A stretch of DNA of 64,000 nt, taken from positions 1 to 64,000 of the forward strand of contig CAWIEK010000037.1 of NCBI GenBank assembly GCA_963835065.1, in the 5' to 3' direction. The translations under genes were made by a program, and so were the position numbers. The stretch's first letter is position 1, and each line of letters starts with the position of its first letter. Below, one piece after another: positions 1 to 11,392 of the stretch. Origin of the DNA: an uncultured Chthonomonadaceae bacterium (GTDB lineage: Bacteria > Armatimonadota > Chthonomonadetes > Chthonomonadales > Chthonomonadaceae). The notes beneath the pieces were generated by a model. That model was given only the letters and a program-made list of their open reading frames with translations. It searched no databases and had not been told where the DNA came from.

Positions 1-1343
<1,343 letters not shown>

Positions 1344-1523
1344 TGGAATGGGAAACATGTTGGGCGCAGAAGGTTATCGTTACTGCTCTTCGGAGCGGCA
1401 ATGCTTCGGCGCAATCAACTTCCCTCCTAGGTCGGTTCTTTGCTCAGAAGTCACATAAGTACGTAAGAAGCAAGCCTCAGAGTCCACACAAGACTACAAA
1501 CGTGATTGATAACGGTTCAAATT

Positions 1524-1575
1524 AAATACTGCCTGATGAAGAGTTCTCTTCATCAGGCAGTATTTGTTTTTGTTT
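1524..1575 (+). terminator. Intrinsic terminator ending the rRNA transcript
   Basis: Perfect 20-bp inverted repeat AAATACTGCCTGATGAAGAG-TT-CTCTTCATCAGGCAGTATTT followed by GTTTTTGTTT. Confidence 0.85.
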
Positions 1576-2309
1576 GCCGGAAGGCACAAAGTCATGTCGG
1601 AAGCAGTATACAAGGTAACTAAAATACAAGGTAACAAACTTTCCTATCGGCGGAAAAACTCATGCAAAACCGAACACAAACGTCGCCAGCGTATTGACCC
1701 CATCATGCCAACGCCACATGAGGAGCTTCTTTCTAGCATTGAATACGCCCTTGTCTTCAACAGCAACCACTTTCCTCGTCTGCAACAGCAGTGCTGAATG
1801 CCTTGATTTTGATGCAGGGGTTGGGAACAATGCTGAATGAAGGCATTTCGCTTGTTATAGAGGTTTATGAAGATGAGGAACAAACACAGCGCGTGTTTTC
1901 GCCACCTGGGACGTAGATAATGCAGGCGCGTGGGGCACTCTGCTGTACGAGTTTGTGTTTGCCAAATCGGAAGTGGCAGTGCGATGGTTCAGCAAATCTG
2001 TCGCGGCTAATCTGCCGGACACAGAAGAGCGCAAAGTCGAAGACAGCAAACGCTGTCTTGTGTTGTTCCAATGCTTTCTATACGGAAGTTTGAAATGCAA
2101 TTTACGAGGCCGCGTTCTTTGTACCGTTCGTGAGTATCACCATGAGGCTAGAGGGGCAAGGTTATGGTGTCAGTCTTTCTACCCTCAAGAAGCGCGGCAG
2201 TTTGTTCTTTGACGTAAACAGCGCTCTGGAGATCACAAAATTTGAATTCGCATAGATTGAGCGTAATTCTTGCAGTAGCTCAAATGGGATTGGATGTAAT
2301 AGAAGCTAA

Positions 2310-5300
2310 ATGGAAGAGGCACTAAAGGCGCAACATTGTTTGAATGAATTGGTGGGGAGCGGCGTCACGGAAGCCGATGTTGCCGCGTTGCTGCCGTTGT
2401 TGCTGAACGCCCTCCACGCCGCCCCTGACCCTGACCGCGCGCTTGCCGCGCTTGACCGCTGGCTTGCCGCCGCTGAAACGCCACGCGACTATCTGCCTCT
2501 GCTGATGCAGCCGGACGTACTCAACCGCTTTTGCCTTGTTACCGGCAGCAGCCAGTATTTTGCCGATCTGCTGGTTCGCAACCCTGACGACTTTCGTGTC
2601 CTCGTTCATCCCGAACGCTATGGCGAACGGGAAACGCCTGCCCGCCGTTATCTGGAAATCTCCCGCTTGACTGAAGGCTGTGACACGCCCGAACAGCAGC
2701 GCGACGTTCTACGTACCTGGAAAACCCGCGAAATGCTGCAAATCGGCGTCCGCGATCTGCTCGGCCTGGACGATATGCCCACCGTCGCCCGCGAGTTCTC
2801 CAATCTTGCCGACGCCTGCGTTCAGATGGCGCTGGAGATTGCGTATGCGAGCATAGGGGTCAGGGGTCAGGGGTCAGGGGTCAGGGAGGAAGAAGAGAAG
2901 AAGAGAAGAAAAGAAGAAGAGAAGACAGCAGGACAGGGAACAGGGAACAGGGAACAGGGAACAGAAGGCATTCAATCGGCAATCAGCAATCGGCAATCGG
3001 CAATCTCTTCATCCTTCATCCTTCATCCTTCATCCCTTCCTGCTCCCCTCAACCTCCTTACCGTCTTCGCTTTAGGCAAGCACGGCGGGCAGGAACTCAA
3101 TTACAGCAGCGACATTGATCTGATTTTTGTTCATGCGGACGGGCTGCCCGCGCAGGTTGTTCTGGAAGACGGCAGGCGCATGGAAACGCCGGTTTATCTG
3201 GCGAAACTGGCGCAAACGCTGATTAACATTCTGAGCGAAGACAACGGGTATGGCAATGTGTTTCGCGTGGATATGCGGCTGCGCCCGGAGGGACGGTACG
3301 GGGCTTTATCGCGTTCGCTCACCGGATATAGAGTGTATTACGAAAAGTGGGCGGAAAACTGGGAGCGGCAGGCGCTGCTGAAAGCCCGCTTTGTGGCCGG
3401 AAACCGCGCGCTTGGCGACGCTTTTATGGCTATGATCGCGCCCTTTGTATACCGCCGCCAAATTTCGAGCGCGTTCCTCAACGATATTCGGGTCAACAAG
3501 CGGCGCATTGAGCAGACCTGCGCCAAAAAAGGGGAAACCGACACTAACATCAAAACAGGGTGGGGCGGAATCCGCGACATTGAATTCATCGCGCAGTTAC
3601 TACAACTTGAGTTCGGGTTTGCGCATCCGCGCCTGCGCACTCCCAACACGCTGACTGCGCTGCAACGCTTGAATGAAGCCAGTTTCCTGACCGATAGACA
3701 GGCGGAAGAGCTGGAAGACGATTACAAATGGCTGCGGACGCTGGAACACCGCCTGCAACTGCTGCACAATGCGCAAACCCAAACCCTCCCGGATGAATCA
3801 AACACAATTGAACGCGCGTATCTGAGCCGTCGAATGGGTTGCGCGGATCTAAACGAATTTGAAACGGAATTAAAAACCCGCCGGACGCGTGTTCGCGGTT
3901 ATTTGGACACGCTGTTTTACGATCAGGAACGCCGTTTTTTTCCCGCTCTGCCTGAAACTGTTGATCCGCTCTGGCAGGATGTTGGCGCGTTGATTGCCGA
4001 TCTGAATACAGAGGAAGCGCAAGCCGACCTGCGCGCTAAACTGACAACAACGGGTTTTCAAGACGTGCCTAACGCTTTGCGCCTGCTGCAGCTTATGCGG
4101 CACAGTCAGGAGTTTCAGGACGCGCCCCCGCAGTTTTCCGAGCGTTTTCAAGCCCTTGCGCCCTATCTGCTGGAAACCGTTGCGCATAGCCCCGCCCCTG
4201 ACGCGGCATTAGCAGGTATTGAATCGCTTGCCGTGCCCTACCGTGACCCACTATACATGCTGTTTCAGGGCCGTCCCGACATCTTGTGGCGGCTTGTTCG
4301 GCTTGCCTGCGTACCCACTTTGATTAACAGCCTGGCAAAGCATCAGGAGTGGCTGTATCCGTTGCTTAACGAAGATGAAACGATCCCGGAAGTGCTGCGC
4401 GATACTGCCGGGGAGGAGGAAACAGGTACGCAGTTTTCTGCCCACTACGTGCAGGCATTGACGGCGCGCGTTGGCAAACTGCACAGCCCGGATGCCCGCT
4501 GGAAAATGATTGCTTTGTTTTATCAGCGCGAACGTCTGCGTATCGGGGCGCGCGATATTTGGGATGAGGCCGACGTTTCCGACGTGATGAAACGCCTGAC
4601 TCGGTTGGCAGAATCCACGCTGCAAATTCTGCTTACGCTGTGTATTGAGGCGCGCGCAACTACACATCCCCGCCCCCAATGGGCGCGAAGCGTTTTGGAA
4701 CGCGTTGCCGTTGTCGGTTTGGGGCGTTTGGGAAGCGCGGAACTGAGTTACAGCAGCGATTGGGACTTGCTGTTTGTGTACGAGACGGAACGGCCACGCA
4801 GCGAGGAAGCGCAGGCGGGCGAGCGTAACGCCCTCGCTTCGGGATTGGTACAGGACGTGCTTGCGGCAATTAAAGCCTTAAACCTGCACGGAACAGGCAT
4901 CGAAGCCGATCTGCGCCTGCGTCCGTGGGGCAGCAAAGGGAACCTGATTTACACCCTGCGCGGCTACCTTGACTACTTCCACGCCCACGCCGAAACATGG
5001 GAACGTCAGGCGGCGTTGAAAGCGCGTTTTATAGCCGGAAATCCAACCATCGGCAGGCGATTAGAACGAATTTTGCGGGGCGTCAGCGTCGGCAGGGGCA
5101 TTACGCCCAAAGAAGACGCCGCCATTCACGCCATGAAAACCCGCATTGAAACGGAACGCCTGAAATCGCAGGAACGCGCCACCGACCTGAAACTCGGTCA
5201 TGGCGGCCTGAGCGACATTGAATGGCTGGCGCAATTATTACAGCTGCGTCACGGTCCACAGCACCCCAACGTTCGCGTTGCGTCTACGCTTCGCGCCCTC

Positions 5301-5630
5301 GACGCGCTGGAAACCATTCACGCCCTGGACCGCTCCGAAGTCCACGTCCTTACGTCCGCGTACCGCCTGCTCACCCGCGTTCGCAATAGGATGACCCTGC
5401 TTGCCGGAACGCCGCAGGATGTCTTTCCCATTGACCTGCACCGCCGCCGCGTCCTCGCCCGCCTGCTCGGTTATGAAGACAGCCTTGTCGTCCGCGCCGA
5501 ACAGATGCTGCAAGAAGACGTGCAGGCGGATATGCACGAAGTCCGCCGCATCTTCACCCGCCGATTCGGAACGGATTTAACCACGGGGAACACGGGGGAC
5601 ACGGGGAGGCAAGGGGAAGAGCAGGGATAA
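2310..5630 (+). CDS. glnE: Bifunctional glutamine synthetase adenylyltransferase/deadenylylase
   Basis: Two NTase motifs (GKHGGQELNYSSDIDL; GRLGSAELSYSSDWDL), RVDMRLRPEG, WERQALLKAR, K.G.GGIRDIEF; carries a ~60-aa repeat-derived insertion. Confidence 0.95.
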   Translation: MEEALKAQHCLNELVGSGVTEADVAALLPLLLNALHAAPDPDRALAALDRWLAAAETPRDYLPLLMQPDVLNRFCLVTGSSQYFADLLVRNPDDFRVLVHPERYGERETPARRYLEISRLTEGCDTPEQQRDVLRTWKTREMLQIGVRDLLGLDDMPTVAREFSNLADACVQMALEIAYASIGVRGQGSGVREEEEKKRRKEEEKTAGQGTGNREQGTEGIQSAISNRQSAISSSFILHPSSLPAPLNLLTVFALGKHGGQELNYSSDIDLIFVHADGLPAQVVLEDGRRMETPVYLAKLAQTLINILSEDNGYGNVFRVDMRLRPEGRYGALSRSLTGYRVYYEKWAENWERQALLKARFVAGNRALGDAFMAMIAPFVYRRQISSAFLNDIRVNKRRIEQTCAKKGETDTNIKTGWGGIRDIEFIAQLLQLEFGFAHPRLRTPNTLTALQRLNEASFLTDRQAEELEDDYKWLRTLEHRLQLLHNAQTQTLPDESNTIERAYLSRRMGCADLNEFETELKTRRTRVRGYLDTLFYDQERRFFPALPETVDPLWQDVGALIADLNTEEAQADLRAKLTTTGFQDVPNALRLLQLMRHSQEFQDAPPQFSERFQALAPYLLETVAHSPAPDAALAGIESLAVPYRDPLYMLFQGRPDILWRLVRLACVPTLINSLAKHQEWLYPLLNEDETIPEVLRDTAGEEETGTQFSAHYVQALTARVGKLHSPDARWKMIALFYQRERLRIGARDIWDEADVSDVMKRLTRLAESTLQILLTLCIEARATTHPRPQWARSVLERVAVVGLGRLGSAELSYSSDWDLLFVYETERPRSEEAQAGERNALASGLVQDVLAAIKALNLHGTGIEADLRLRPWGSKGNLIYTLRGYLDYFHAHAETWERQAALKARFIAGNPTIGRRLERILRGVSVGRGITPKEDAAIHAMKTRIETERLKSQERATDLKLGHGGLSDIEWLAQLLQLRHGPQHPNVRVASTLRALDALETIHALDRSEVHVLTSAYRLLTRVRNRMTLLAGTPQDVFPIDLHRRRVLARLLGYEDSLVVRAEQMLQEDVQADMHEVRRIFTRRFGTDLTTGNTGDTGRQGEEQG
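2856..3038 (+). repeat. Composite short-period tandem repeat inserted in frame in glnE
   Basis: (GGGGTCA)4, ~(AAGAAGAG)n, (GGGAACA)4, (CAATCGG)4-like and (CTTCATC)4 in series. Confidence 0.95.
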
Positions 5631-5720
5631 ACCACGGACGACACGGACAACACGGAGAAAACGGAGATAAGAGCAAATCGTATTTTCCTCTCCCCGTGTT
5701 CCCCGTGTTCCCCGTGGTTT
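5577..5720. repeat. 9-nt-period inverted repeat module between convergent genes (probable bidirectional terminator)
   Basis: AACCACGGGGAACACGGGGGACACGGGGAG ... CTCCCCGTGTTCCCCGTGTTCCCCGTGGTT, with a second ACCACGGACGACACGGACAACACGG arm inside. Confidence 0.85.
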
Positions 5721-5724
5721 ATCC

Positions 5725-8451
5725 TTATTTCAGTTCGATCAAGGCGGCTTGTTCCGGTTGCAGTTTCAGCGTGAGAATGGCGACATTGGCGGCGCGGTTG
5801 ATAGGTACTTCCGTGTTGGTGAGCAGGTTCGTGGCGCGAAGAGTTGCAGTTGGCAGGTTCAGGGCGCGGGTGTCTATGGTGAGCGTGGTTTCCTTTGCGG
5901 TTGGGCTGTCGTTGAACAGGGTGAACAGGCGCGTGCCGTAGCGTTCTGCGTACACAGTGGCGTCGTTGGTATGGGCGTGGGTGACAGTCTGCCATCCCGC
6001 TGCGGACAGGCGTTTGATAATGGGAACGTACTTTTGGAAGAGCGGGCGGTCACGATTGTACCAATCGGGCGTTTCCCAATAGGGATGCGTGGCGGCGTCC
6101 GCGCTGAACATGCTTGGAAACACGCCGTAGAACAGGCTGCGCTGGAAATACTTTTCTACGAGCGCGGGCGTCAGGCGGTTAAAATCCGTGTTCATCAGCA
6201 GCAGATAGGGTTTTTGATTGCTCATGGTACGGCGGAAGTTGAAGATTTCATCGCTGTCAGGCTGCCATTTGCCGTCACTCGTCAGCCAGTTCACCTCAAT
6301 GCCCATAACATCGAGCAGGGGCGCGAAAATGGCAAAGCGGACGGGAACCGTGTTCGCCATCAGCAGCCGATTGCGGTTGTGCAAGTCCTGCGACACGAAG
6401 CGGGTAAACGTATGCGTGGAGTACCACTGCGGCACAACAGGCTGCCGGTCATCTGTATCAAACGGAAGCGGATAGGGTGAAGACGCGAGGCTTAACGGAC
6501 GATAATCCAGCACGTCGGCCCATCCTTCGAGAGAATCCAGATACTCGCCGTCCAGTTCGCCCCGTTCCTTATTGCGGGCGGCATTGTCGTAAGTTTGGGC
6601 GGCGCGTTCCAGAGTGTAGTTTAAGAAGGCTTTGGTCGGCTTATCCTGTGTGGCAGGCAGTTCCGGGTTCGGGTTCAGGGTAAACACCGCGCCATTCGCC
6701 CAGGGCTGATTTTGAAATTCCAGATTAAACCGTCCGTTCGCATCCTGTGTGCCGCTGTTCAGAACGGCGCGGGCATTTTCGATTTTCGATTTTCGATTTT
6801 CGATTGCCGATTGCGTTCCTTCTGTTCCCTGTTCCCTGTTCCCTGTTCCCTGTCCTGTCTTCTCGTTCCCTTTCGCCTGCTCCTCAATCAGCGCCATCGC
6901 GTTCTCATACGTTCGGGGCAAAGACGGCGGCATGGGCAGCCAGTAGGTCATGGGTTCGGAGTAGTGGAAACTGAGCAGGCCGAGCGCGTCGTCAGTTTTC
7001 ACGCTGTTGTCGCCCTCATGGTAGGCGAACCCGAAGTCGGCAGGGTTTTTGATGGTTTTCGGGTCGGTGAACGGCAGCCACAAGCCGTCGGCTTTGGCGC
7101 GGCGGTCAAAAGCATGGGGGTTCAGGGCGTAGAAGCGCTGCGTGGCGGCGCGGAAACATCCATCGGCCCTCCCCGGAGGCAGGCGAAACAGCGTACAGCG
7201 AAAGCGGGCGTTTCCGGCAGGCCAGTTGGCGGTTTTGCGGGTCAGCGCCACATCCCACGCGATCACGAACTGTTTGGCTGAAGCGTTGTAGAAGATGCGG
7301 AATACGCTCGGCCAGTCCATCTGGCTGGCAATGCCGATTCCGCCCTGCGCGTTGGCGATACAGCCGTAGGGATACAGAGATAAGCCGCCCGTCGCGCCGA
7401 CATTGACGCGGGTTAGATGCGAGTACTCGCCGCTTGCTTCAATCGTTTGCGCGTGGCGAATATCGTGCCCCCACTGCCAGCCGAGCGCGTTGACGGGCAG
7501 GGCAAGATAAACCGTAAGAGCGCGATCCGTTTTGGTCAGGTCGGTCAGTTCGCCGTCCACGCTGATGCTGTCACTCTCCGCAGACAGGTGGGCATTGAAA
7601 CTGACCCGGATATTGGGTACATTAAAACCGATGTTGACGCCGCCGGTTTTGCGCGGAGCGGCAATCCCGCGCATGGGCACGAGCGAACCGTCCCTGCCTA
7701 CGTCGCGCAGATAGAATCCGCCTGCGCTGCCGCTTACAGGCTGCCCGTTCAGGCGGACGGCGCTGATTGCGCCTTTAGGGTCAACGTCCAATGCGAGGCC
7801 GTCCTTGCCGGCAACGCGCAGGCGCGGCCCCTCGGAAGGCGCAAACGCGGGAACGGCAAGCGGCTGGCTGTCGAAAATGCCGCTGCCTTGCAGGGCGTGG
7901 GCGGAGAAATCATCGAACCAGGCCGTGCCGGAGTGCCGCCGAAAAAGCGCGATGATGGTCATGGATTTGAGCGGCTTGGCGGGAACGACGAGAACTTGCT
8001 TGCGCTGCCAGTCGTGGGTTTCGGAACGGAACGGAGCAATCTGCCCCCATAACGGCGTCCCGTCCATATACTCCGCGTCAATGTAAATGGCGTAATCGTT
8101 GGCGTTGAGGCCGCGCGCCTGCTCGGATTTGCTCCAGCCGGCAACCATAATGGGAATCGGCCGTTTCTGGTTCAGCGCGACCTTGATTTGCGCGCCCCGT
8201 TCCCGATTGGCGTTGAGGCTGTCACAGCGAATGGATTGGTCGCCGTCATGGTGAATCTGGCGGTCAACATCGTAGCCCGCGCCGAACGGCTCCCATTCCG
8301 GCACACCGCCGCCCCTGCCGTCCGGCCCGCCGCCGCCTTCAAATGCGCCATTGCGGATCAGTTCGGCGGGACGCTGCTGCGCGGGCAGAGTCGAGGGCAA
8401 AAGCATCAGCAAGCCACAGAAAACACGCAGAAGAATGAAAAAACGGGGCAT
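5725..8451 (-). CDS. Secreted carbohydrate-binding-domain protein with putative glycoside-hydrolase-like barrel
   Basis: Signal peptide; CBM4/9-like N-terminus (ELIRNGAFE...AWFDDFS); LDGEYLDS motif; 900-aa ORF. Confidence 0.6.
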   Translation of the reverse strand: MPRFFILLRVFCGLLMLLPSTLPAQQRPAELIRNGAFEGGGGPDGRGGGVPEWEPFGAGYDVDRQIHHDGDQSIRCDSLNANRERGAQIKVALNQKRPIPIMVAGWSKSEQARGLNANDYAIYIDAEYMDGTPLWGQIAPFRSETHDWQRKQVLVVPAKPLKSMTIIALFRRHSGTAWFDDFSAHALQGSGIFDSQPLAVPAFAPSEGPRLRVAGKDGLALDVDPKGAISAVRLNGQPVSGSAGGFYLRDVGRDGSLVPMRGIAAPRKTGGVNIGFNVPNIRVSFNAHLSAESDSISVDGELTDLTKTDRALTVYLALPVNALGWQWGHDIRHAQTIEASGEYSHLTRVNVGATGGLSLYPYGCIANAQGGIGIASQMDWPSVFRIFYNASAKQFVIAWDVALTRKTANWPAGNARFRCTLFRLPPGRADGCFRAATQRFYALNPHAFDRRAKADGLWLPFTDPKTIKNPADFGFAYHEGDNSVKTDDALGLLSFHYSEPMTYWLPMPPSLPRTYENAMALIEEQAKGNEKTGQGTGNREQGTEGTQSAIENRKSKIENARAVLNSGTQDANGRFNLEFQNQPWANGAVFTLNPNPELPATQDKPTKAFLNYTLERAAQTYDNAARNKERGELDGEYLDSLEGWADVLDYRPLSLASSPYPLPFDTDDRQPVVPQWYSTHTFTRFVSQDLHNRNRLLMANTVPVRFAIFAPLLDVMGIEVNWLTSDGKWQPDSDEIFNFRRTMSNQKPYLLLMNTDFNRLTPALVEKYFQRSLFYGVFPSMFSADAATHPYWETPDWYNRDRPLFQKYVPIIKRLSAAGWQTVTHAHTNDATVYAERYGTRLFTLFNDSPTAKETTLTIDTRALNLPTATLRATNLLTNTEVPINRAANVAILTLKLQPEQAALIELK
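6775..6864 (-). repeat. Composite heptamer insertion, near-identical to part of the glnE insertion
   Basis: Minus strand GAGAAGACAGGACA(GGGAACA)4GAAGGAACGCAATCGGCAATC followed by (GAAAATC)n. Confidence 0.92.
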
Positions 8452-8828
8452 TGGAACTTTCCTTACCGGGAACATCAGTATAAATGTTAAGAAGAATTAA
8501 GAACAAAAGTGCGAACTTTTCGCTTGTCTTCCGAAACTAAAGGGTATAGGGCAGAATTATGGGAACATTCGGCAACAAAAATTTGTTTGAATCAGTATCC
8601 ATAAGTAGAACAATTGTCGTCTTATAGAGTGAGTGGCTGCTTTTGGACGGCATTTTCCCTAGTTCGTAGGCGCAGCAAAGCCGATGCTGTCGTTGTTCCC
8701 GGTTGCGAATGCAGTGGCGTTCGCGCTGCCGCTCTGATGAATACGAAATCAAATAAGAAATACTCTTCAACGCTTGTGCCTGAAACAAGGAAACTCGCGG
8801 GCCGGCGTGGAGATTGAAGGCGGGGGTT

Positions 8829-9611
8829 ATGGCAGGATTCAATACGCATCATTACACCGAAGAACAGCCGCAGGTCAGTTCTCTGGAAGACCAACTGCGC
8901 CTGCGCGAAGAGATCGAGCGCCAGTTGGAAGTGGAGCGCGAATCCGCGTATGCGATGGCGCAGGACAAACTGGCGCAGGAACAGCGGAAGCGACAGGCGA
9001 TGGCGCGCGCCTTGCAGCAGGAGGAAGAGCTGCGGCAGTTCCAGACGTCTTCCACGCAAACGTCGCAGCGCCGGCAAAACCGCCGGTCGTATGGCATGGA
9101 CGCGCTGCTGCTGTGCGCCGTGACGTTGGGTATGGGAGCGCTGCTGGGGCCAATCGTGCGTCCCGCGCCGCCGATGTATTATCCCATGGTGGCGTCTGGG
9201 CCAATTACTCCCATGCCGGCGATGGGCTTGATGCGCGCTCCCTTTGAATGGAGCGATAAATCTATAGACGTCGGCGGCAATGACTGGAGCGGCAGCCGCA
9301 TGACGTTTGACCGGGAAGTAACCATGTCCAACGGACGCGCGTATGTGGAAGGCCACGCGGATTGGAATATGAGCGGGGAATACGTCGGCTCCGAACAGTT
9401 CAGTGGGTCGTATGACCCCGCGACAGGCAAGCTGGATGTGGTCGGCACCAGCATCGAACAGCCCAATCTCGGCATGCCTGCCCGCCTTGTTCCCGGTGAA
9501 TATACCGCCACTATCGGCGCGGACGGCCAGATGGTGAATGGCTACATGCAAGGCGCTCCGGGCGTGTCTGCCATACCCGGTCCCTTCGGCGGCAGCCAGA
9601 TGGCTCCGTGA
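8829..9611 (+). CDS. Hypothetical membrane-anchored protein (coiled coil, TM segment, beta-rich C-terminus)
   Basis: ORF with EQ-rich coiled coil and hydrophobic ALLLCAVTLGMGALLG. Confidence 0.7.
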   Translation: MAGFNTHHYTEEQPQVSSLEDQLRLREEIERQLEVERESAYAMAQDKLAQEQRKRQAMARALQQEEELRQFQTSSTQTSQRRQNRRSYGMDALLLCAVTLGMGALLGPIVRPAPPMYYPMVASGPITPMPAMGLMRAPFEWSDKSIDVGGNDWSGSRMTFDREVTMSNGRAYVEGHADWNMSGEYVGSEQFSGSYDPATGKLDVVGTSIEQPNLGMPARLVPGEYTATIGADGQMVNGYMQGAPGVSAIPGPFGGSQMAP

Positions 9612-9788
9612 TTGCCTCACCGGGCGTCCACTTGTGGACATACCCCTCTCCTTGCCGCGCAATTAAAATGAGCGCGCTGTAAGCGAAGCAAACGCGCTTC
9701 CTTACGCCAGGGGAGGGGCTATTTTGTTGCTCTCACGCCCGCTCCTGCACACTAAATTGAGGTAACAATCTCTTGGACGGGCGCGGCT

Positions 9789-10346
9789 TCAGGGCGTTTG
9801 CAGCGGCTCGGCCTGCACGATGGCGTATAGCGCCCGGCCTGTCGGCAAGTCCACCGCTACTTCTTCGCCCACGAACTTGCCCAGCAATGCGCCACCCAAC
9901 GGCGACGCCGGACTGCACACCCACACGTCTTCCGGTAAATCCGGCAAGGGCCGGAAGCAGCAGGTAATCTCCTCCCCCTTAGCCACATCCCGGATGGTCA
10001 CGAGGCAAACCGGCGTCACTTCGGGGCGGCCTTCCGCCAGCATGGTGGACACTAACTCCGTATGTACTCGTTTGGTGATTTCCTTCTCGACGGCTTGCCA
10101 GCAGCGCGTACAGCGTCGGCTTTGCGGCAGGCGGTGCAGCGTTCGTAACGCCTCGTCGTCATGCCACTTCCTGATGGCAATGCCGGGTACGCCGTTACCC
10201 GCTTCCTGCCACGCCTGCCCGTCCCACCGAAAGTACCAGGGCGGATTGCGGAGGCCGCAGGCGAGTAAGGCGTCGGTTTCCTGCGAGATGTAGTGCCACA
10301 GTCCATAGCCCTCGGCGTTCCTGCCTACAATGTCCACCAGCCACAT
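9789..10346 (-). CDS. GreA/GreB C-terminal-domain protein with atypical N-terminus
   Basis: C-terminal SPASPLGGALLGKFVGEEVAVDLPTG matches the GreA_GreB C-domain; no N-terminal coiled coil. Confidence 0.7.
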   Translation of the reverse strand: MWLVDIVGRNAEGYGLWHYISQETDALLACGLRNPPWYFRWDGQAWQEAGNGVPGIAIRKWHDDEALRTLHRLPQSRRCTRCWQAVEKEITKRVHTELVSTMLAEGRPEVTPVCLVTIRDVAKGEEITCCFRPLPDLPEDVWVCSPASPLGGALLGKFVGEEVAVDLPTGRALYAIVQAEPLQTP

Positions 10347-10401
10347 AGCGCCTCCAACGCGCGATTATAAATTACATCTTCCAAATGAAATTCGGGACTT
10401 C

Positions 10402-10608
10402 TCAAACCAACCAATCTTCACAGTCGGCGTTACGCCACTCTTGTCCGAGCCGAACGGCCTCCTCAAAATGAGGATTGTTGGCATCAATTCCGACAAACCA
10501 CCGCCAGCCGCGCTTCTTCGCGGCAGGCTGCCGCGCCAACTGCTCCTGCACTTCCTGAACAGTATTTTCCAGCTTTTGTACGCGCTCTTCTAACGTTTCG
10601 GCTGCCAT
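10402..10608 (-). CDS. Small antitoxin-like protein (orphan)
   Basis: LEERVQKLE...WFVG...NPHFEEAVRLGQEWR pattern typical of small proteins preceding PIN toxins; AGGAG RBS. Confidence 0.55.
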   Translation of the reverse strand: MAAETLEERVQKLENTVQEVQEQLARQPAAKKRGWRWFVGIDANNPHFEEAVRLGQEWRNADCEDWLV

Positions 10609-10747
10609 GTTATAGACGGCTCCTTTCCTACGAATATCCGAATTATACCATCTTTAATTTTTCGTCCAATCGGCGGAACGCCTAGCGAACTAGCATCTGA
10701 TATATCGGTTCCAACACGACATTTTAGATGCGCCAACCCTGCGCCCC

Positions 10748-10776
10748 TTGACAACGCTTTTGATTGTCGGTACAGT
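10748..10776 (+). promoter_or_regulatory. sigma70-type promoter
   Basis: TTGACA-N17-TACAGT upstream of 10837. Confidence 0.6.
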
Positions 10777-10836
10777 AACTTCATAATACACATCAATTTC
10801 CCGCGTTATCACGCGGAAACGGGAACAAGGTTCGCC

Positions 10837-11058
10837 ATGTCTACAAAGGCTCAACAAATTCTGGAAGAATCGTTCACGCTGCCGCCTCTTGAACGTGCGG
10901 CTATTGCCGAGAAACTGCTTTCCAGCCTTGACCGACCTGACCCGCAGATAGATGCGCTCTGGGCTGCCGAAGCGGAGGCGCGGCTGACTGCTTACGAAGC
11001 TGGACATATCAAGGCTATTCCCGCCGAAGAGGTTTTTGCGGAGTTAGATGAATCGTAA
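10837..11058 (+). CDS. Addiction-module antitoxin (TIGR02574-like), no adjacent toxin
   Basis: LPPLERAAIAEKLLSSLD...IDALWAAEAEARL.AY..G...AIPAEEVF. Confidence 0.85.
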   Translation: MSTKAQQILEESFTLPPLERAAIAEKLLSSLDRPDPQIDALWAAEAEARLTAYEAGHIKAIPAEEVFAELDES

Positions 11059-11096
11059 CCGTCAAATTAGTCGTTGTACCGCAACTAACGAAAGCC

Positions 11097-11131
11097 GAAA
11101 CCCCGCAAGCTACTGCCTGTGGGGTTTTTCG
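11097..11131 (+). terminator. Intrinsic terminator
   Basis: GAAACCCCGCAAGC-TACT-GCCTGTGGGGTTTTTC. Confidence 0.7.
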
Positions 11132-11294
11132 ACGAGTGCGCCGGGAACTGAGACGGTGTATTTCACTCAACGTGAGAGGGTGGCGGAACGGCTGTACCAT
11201 AAGCAGACTCCCATAAGAGCAACTGTGGTATTGCAACAGAGATAAGATATGAATGTTCTTTCCCGCCGTTCCCTATACGAGAGGTTCACAGGCG

Positions 11295-11392
11295 GCAGAA
11301 CGATTGAGTTGAGCGACAAGCCGCCTCGGCTGTTTGCCCGTGCTACCGTTTTAACTTTCTGGCGGCTTGTCCGCTTGAATGACGGGTTCGGC
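11295..11392 (-). mobile_element. Integron attC recombination site (solitary)
   Basis: Minus strand R'' GCCGAAC, 5-nt spacer, L'' ATTCAAGC, GGACAAGCCGCC...GGCGGCTTGTC, L' GCTCAAC, spacer, R' GTTCTGC. Confidence 0.8.

Noticed and set aside
1576..2300. Short ORFs or ncRNA in the ~700-bp gap before glnE
   Set aside because: No recognisable motif, RBS or structure that I can support.
11130..11150. GAGTGCGCCGGG as a tRNA-derived att site
   Set aside because: Too short; no matching tRNA or integrase in the window.
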